A stretch of 63,951 nt of DNA, the filler included, from Planctomycetota bacterium (GTDB lineage: Bacteria > Planctomycetota > Planctomycetia > JALXBF01), in NCBI GenBank assembly GCA_026991575.1. It is 4 parts of 4 records of this genome, joined end to end, with 100 filler letters (N's around TTAATTAATTAA, not from the genome) between each part and the next. Parts side by side here need not be neighbours in the genome. Positions count along the whole stretch, not along the records: positions 60,016 to 63,951 come from JALXBF010000150.1; 3 more parts are not named here. One strand, 5' to 3'. The notes beneath the pieces were generated by a model. The model had not been told where the DNA came from, ran no database searches, and worked only from the letters and a program-made list of their open reading frames with translations. Made by a program: the position numbers and the translations under genes. This document shows positions 60,510-63,951 of the stretch, piece after piece (positions within the stretch are counted from its first letter, which is position 1; every line of letters starts with the position of its first letter).

Positions 60510-60556
60510 TTCGGTGCCCGCGGAGCTGTTCGAGAGCAACACCGCCGGGAGCGGTC

Positions 60557-61579
60557 ATGGTCGGGTCAGGCACACGAGCGCCATGGTCACGGAGTGTTTG
60601 TGCGGTGCTGCTGGTCGGCGCGCTTGCCGCTAGGCCTTCTATGGGGGGAACACCGGCTGAGGTGGATTCTCCGGAGGCGTTTGTGCGGACGGTGCGCGCG
60701 GCGTTTGAGAAGTATCTTGATACCGCGACACGCCTGTGCGGCACGGTGCGCGAACAGTCGGGCCCTGAGGACGGCGACGAGCTGTGGGTGGATGCGAAGA
60801 TCCGGATCAAGCAGAACGGGCGTTATGGGTATTTGGAGGAGTGGCGCAAGGACTACGGCATTCCGAAGCCTTCCTGGCAGGTATTGCTTTACGGGCCGGC
60901 AGGGTTCAGCATGCTCGGGAAAACCGCTGATGGGAACTGGTACGTGTCCGAGCACATCAAGCAGTGGAAAGCCGTCCGCGAGTCATGCTGGATCCTCTCC
61001 TACTACACTGCAACAGGCTATTTTCCTCGTACCGGTGCTGACTGGTCCGTTGCTGCGACCTGGTGGTCGGACACGGTCGAGGTCCGATCGGTGCAGTGGA
61101 CCGAACTCGACGGAAGGCGGGTCCTTAAGGCCACGTACGCACTGGACCACCCGCTGGAACGTCATGTGGGCACGGCATGGGTGGATCCCGAATGGATGTG
61201 GGCTATCGTCAGGCGAGAAGAACGCCGGGTTGAGGATCCTGAGAGAGTTGCCGTCACAACGATAGCGTATGACGAAGCGTTTCGGCCCGCCCCCGTCCCG
61301 GAGGTAGTGGACGTGCGTTGGCCGGGGAAGGGAGAGAAGCCTGACGGGTGGTGGCGGAGCGAGTTTGACTTCCGCATTCCTGACGAGCCACCGAAGGATG
61401 AGGAGTTCACGCTGGCCGCATTCGGGATCGATCCGCTGAGGGTCTCAGACGAACCGGCCAAACGGACAATCTGGCTCTGGCTCGGACTCCTCGCCAGCCT
61501 GCTGGCCGCCATCCTCTGGTGGGCCAGACATCGGTTGCAGCAGAAATCCGAGCTGGCCCATGACCAACGGGAGGGGTAG
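60557..61579 (+). CDS. Exported C-terminally anchored protein, tandem copy 1 (340 aa)
   Basis: GGGAG RBS; signal peptide; beta-rich body; EEFTLAAFGID + TM + basic tail. Confidence 0.85.
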   Translation: MVGSGTRAPWSRSVCAVLLVGALAARPSMGGTPAEVDSPEAFVRTVRAAFEKYLDTATRLCGTVREQSGPEDGDELWVDAKIRIKQNGRYGYLEEWRKDYGIPKPSWQVLLYGPAGFSMLGKTADGNWYVSEHIKQWKAVRESCWILSYYTATGYFPRTGADWSVAATWWSDTVEVRSVQWTELDGRRVLKATYALDHPLERHVGTAWVDPEWMWAIVRREERRVEDPERVAVTTIAYDEAFRPAPVPEVVDVRWPGKGEKPDGWWRSEFDFRIPDEPPKDEEFTLAAFGIDPLRVSDEPAKRTIWLWLGLLASLLAAILWWARHRLQQKSELAHDQREG

Positions 61580-61655
61580 ATGAACACGGACGCCGGCGCG
61601 AGAATTGAGGTAGCATCGCACGGATCCTTTGAAAGCAAAACTCCGGGGAGCGGGC

Positions 61656-62678
61656 ATGGTCGTGTCAGGTCGACAAGCACGATGGTCATCGCCAGTATGC
61701 ATGGCAGTTCTGGTTAGCGCCTTTGCCATTAGCTCTTCTGTGGGAGGAGAACCGGAGCAAATCGATTCTCCGGAGGCGTTTGTGCGAACGGTGCGCGCGG
61801 CGTTTCAGAAGTATCTCGATACCGCGACACGTCTGTGCGGCACGGTGCGCGAACAGTCGGGCCCTCAGGACGGCGACGAGCTGTGGGTAGATGCGAAGAT
61901 CCGGATCAAGCAGAACGGGCGTTATGGGTATTTGGAGGAGTGGCGCAAGGACTACGGCATTCCGAAGCCTTCCTGGCAGGTATTGCTTTACGGGCCGGCA
62001 GGGTTCACCATGCTGGGCAAGACCGCCGATGGGAACTGGTACGTGTCGGAACATATCAAACGGTGGAAAATCGTCCGTGAGTCCTGTTGGATCGTGTCAC
62101 GCTATACTGCCAGGGGCTATTTTGTTCTTCCCGCTCCTGATTGGCCAGTTGCTGGAGCCTGGTGGTCGGACACGGTCGAGGTCCGGTCGGTGGAATGGAC
62201 CGAGCTCGACGGGCGCCGCGTTCTCAAGGCCGCCTATAGGATCGAGCAACCTTTGAGGCGCCGTGGGGGTACGGCATGGGTGGATCCTGCACGGATGTGG
62301 GCCATCGTCAGGCAGGAGCAGTGGCGGGCTGAGGATCCCTCGAGAGTGGCGGTTACAACCATTGTGTATGACGGATCGTTTGAGCCTGCTCCGGTAGCAA
62401 GGCTAGTAGACATACGTTGGCCGGGGAAGGGAGAGAAGCCCGACGGGTGGTGGCGGAGCGAGTTTGACTTCCACATTCCTGACGAGCCACCGAAGGATGA
62501 GGAGTTCACGCTGGCCGCATTCGGGATCGATCCGCTGAGGGTCTCAGACGAACCGGCCAAACGGACAATCTGGCTCTGGCTCGGACTCGTGGCCAGCCTG
62601 CTGGCCGCCATCCTCTGGTGGGCCAGACATCGGTTGCAGCAGAAATCCGAGCTGGCTCATGACCAACAGGAGGAGTAG
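61656..62678 (+). CDS. Exported C-terminally anchored protein, tandem copy 2 (340 aa)
   Basis: Paralog of copy 1, offset exactly 1099 bp. Confidence 0.85.
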   Translation: MVVSGRQARWSSPVCMAVLVSAFAISSSVGGEPEQIDSPEAFVRTVRAAFQKYLDTATRLCGTVREQSGPQDGDELWVDAKIRIKQNGRYGYLEEWRKDYGIPKPSWQVLLYGPAGFTMLGKTADGNWYVSEHIKRWKIVRESCWIVSRYTARGYFVLPAPDWPVAGAWWSDTVEVRSVEWTELDGRRVLKAAYRIEQPLRRRGGTAWVDPARMWAIVRQEQWRAEDPSRVAVTTIVYDGSFEPAPVARLVDIRWPGKGEKPDGWWRSEFDFHIPDEPPKDEEFTLAAFGIDPLRVSDEPAKRTIWLWLGLVASLLAAILWWARHRLQQKSELAHDQQEE

Positions 62679-62754
62679 ATGAACACGGACGCCAACGCGA
62701 GAATTGAGGCAGCATCGCACGGATCCTTTGAAAGCAAAACTCCGGGGAGCGGTC

Positions 62755-63777
62755 ATGGTCCTGTCAGGCAGACGAGGGCAATGGCCATGGAGCGTTTGCG
62801 TCGCGGTGGTGCTGGTCAGCACGCTTGCCGCTAGCCCTTTGGCGGGACAAGAACCAGCGGAGGTCGATTCTCCAGAAACGTTCGTGCGCACAGTGCGCGC
62901 AGCCTTTCAGAAGTATCTCGATACCGCGACCCGTCTCTGCGGGACGGTCCGTGAGCAATCGCGCCCGGAAAATGGGGACGAGTTGTGGGTGGACGCGAGG
63001 GCATGGATCCAGCAGAACGGCCGATACGGCTATTTCAAGCGGTGGCGCAGGGACTACGGCATTCCGAAGCCCTCCTGGCAGGTATTGCTTTACGGGCCGG
63101 CAGGGTTCAGCATGCTCGGGAAAACCGCTGATGGGAACTGGTACGTCTCCGAGCACATCAAGCAGTGGAAAGCCGTCCGCGAGTCATGTTGGATCCTCTC
63201 TTTCCACACTGCAACAGGCTATTTTCCGAGTCCCGGTCCTGACTGGCCGGTTGCTGCAACCTGGTGGTCGGACACGGTCCAGGTGCAATCGGTACAGTGG
63301 ACCGAACTCGATGGAAAACGGGTGCTTAAGGCCACGTACGCGATGGATCATCCGATGGTGGGTCATATGGGTACGGCATGGGTGGATCCCGAATGGATGT
63401 GGGCCATCGTCAGGCAGGAAAAGCGGAAAGCCAGCGGTTCCGGAAGACCGGTAGTGAGGACCATCGTGTACGACGAATCGTTTCGACCCAGGCCAGTTCC
63501 AAAGACGCTAGAGGTGCGGACCCCGCGCGGGGAAGGCAAGCCCGATGCATTGTGGCGGAGCGAGTTCGACTTCCGCATTCCTGACGAGCCACCGAAGGAT
63601 GAGGAGTTCACGCTGGCCGCATTCGGGATCGATCCGCTGAGGGTCTCAGACGAACCGGCCAAGCGGACAACCTGGCTCTGGCTTGGACTCCTGGCCAGCC
63701 TGCTGGCCGCCATCCTATGGTGGGCCCGACAACGCCTGCAGCAGAAAGCGAACGTCGCGAATGAGCACCAGCGCTAG
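62755..63777 (+). CDS. Exported C-terminally anchored protein, tandem copy 3 (340 aa)
   Basis: Paralog of copies 1-2, offset a further 1099 bp. Confidence 0.85.
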   Translation: MVLSGRRGQWPWSVCVAVVLVSTLAASPLAGQEPAEVDSPETFVRTVRAAFQKYLDTATRLCGTVREQSRPENGDELWVDARAWIQQNGRYGYFKRWRRDYGIPKPSWQVLLYGPAGFSMLGKTADGNWYVSEHIKQWKAVRESCWILSFHTATGYFPSPGPDWPVAATWWSDTVQVQSVQWTELDGKRVLKATYAMDHPMVGHMGTAWVDPEWMWAIVRQEKRKASGSGRPVVRTIVYDESFRPRPVPKTLEVRTPRGEGKPDALWRSEFDFRIPDEPPKDEEFTLAAFGIDPLRVSDEPAKRTTWLWLGLLASLLAAILWWARQRLQQKANVANEHQR

Positions 63778-63951
63778 CGGCGGCAAGGCGGTACAGCAAA
63801 AGCAGCGGCGTCGGCCCGATCCGTGGCTGGTCGGGGCCCTTGCGCTCCAAGCCGCGCTGAGCCTGCTGGTTATCTGGACCCATTTCTACTTCCAGGCACA
63901 CCGCCTTGCCGCCGCTAGCGCTGGTGCTCATTCGCGACGTTCGCTTTCTGC
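63741..63951. repeat. Perfect 52-bp inverted repeat at the sequence end (probable fold-back chimera)
   Basis: 63900-63951 is the exact reverse complement of 63741-63792. Confidence 0.85.
63761..63899 (+). CDS. Start of the next membrane-anchored gene (partial)
   Basis: ATG overlapping the copy 3 stop; MSTSASGGKAVQQKQRRRPDPWLVGALALQAALSLLVIWTHFYFQA = basic patch + TM. Confidence 0.5.

Larger units (their letters stand above)
60502..63777 (+). repeat. Tandem gene triplication, 1099-bp period
   Basis: Starts 60557/61656/62755 and stops 61579/62678/63777; near-identical 76-bp spacers. Confidence 0.9.

Noticed and set aside
61580..61717. Mini-ORF MNTDAGARIEV... directly after the copy 1 stop with an SD-like sequence
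   Set aside because: Runs out of frame into the next gene and has no features; the spacer is better explained as a duplication relic.
60557..63777. CRISPR array or DGR template/variable repeat explanation for the repeats
   Set aside because: Repeats are whole genes, differences are not adenine-specific, and no reverse transcriptase or cas gene is in the window.

Overview
GC-rich bacterial DNA whose gene content (Minf_1886/Plancto-Verruco protein, DUF1080, sulfatases, redoxin-cytochrome c-Cu monooxygenase fusion, DUF1573-like and GT39 proteins) points to a Planctomycetota genome. The window is four separate contigs (1-20199, 20300-40182, 40283-59915, 60016-63951) joined by artificial 100-nt N/TTAATTAATTAA linkers, so adjacency across linkers means nothing. 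Most of it is housekeeping or carbohydrate metabolism: xerD, cinA, nuoI/A/C/D, modABC, queE, a partial cox subunit I gene, 4 tRNAs, a lyase and sulfatases. The most striking element is in contig 4. An Ig-fold (DUF1573-like) gene end overlaps an 88-aa secreted peptide with 10 cysteines. That peptide is followed by three 340-aa membrane-anchored paralogs in an exact 1099-bp tandem array with mosaic sequence exchange. A fourth, orphan paralog (18940-19935) and a similarly built DUF1573-like / anchored-protein / GT39 cluster (10195-15033) lie in contig 1. Together these suggest an uncharacterised Cys-rich peptide export, modification or immunity system. Family assignments come from motif recognition by eye, not database searches.
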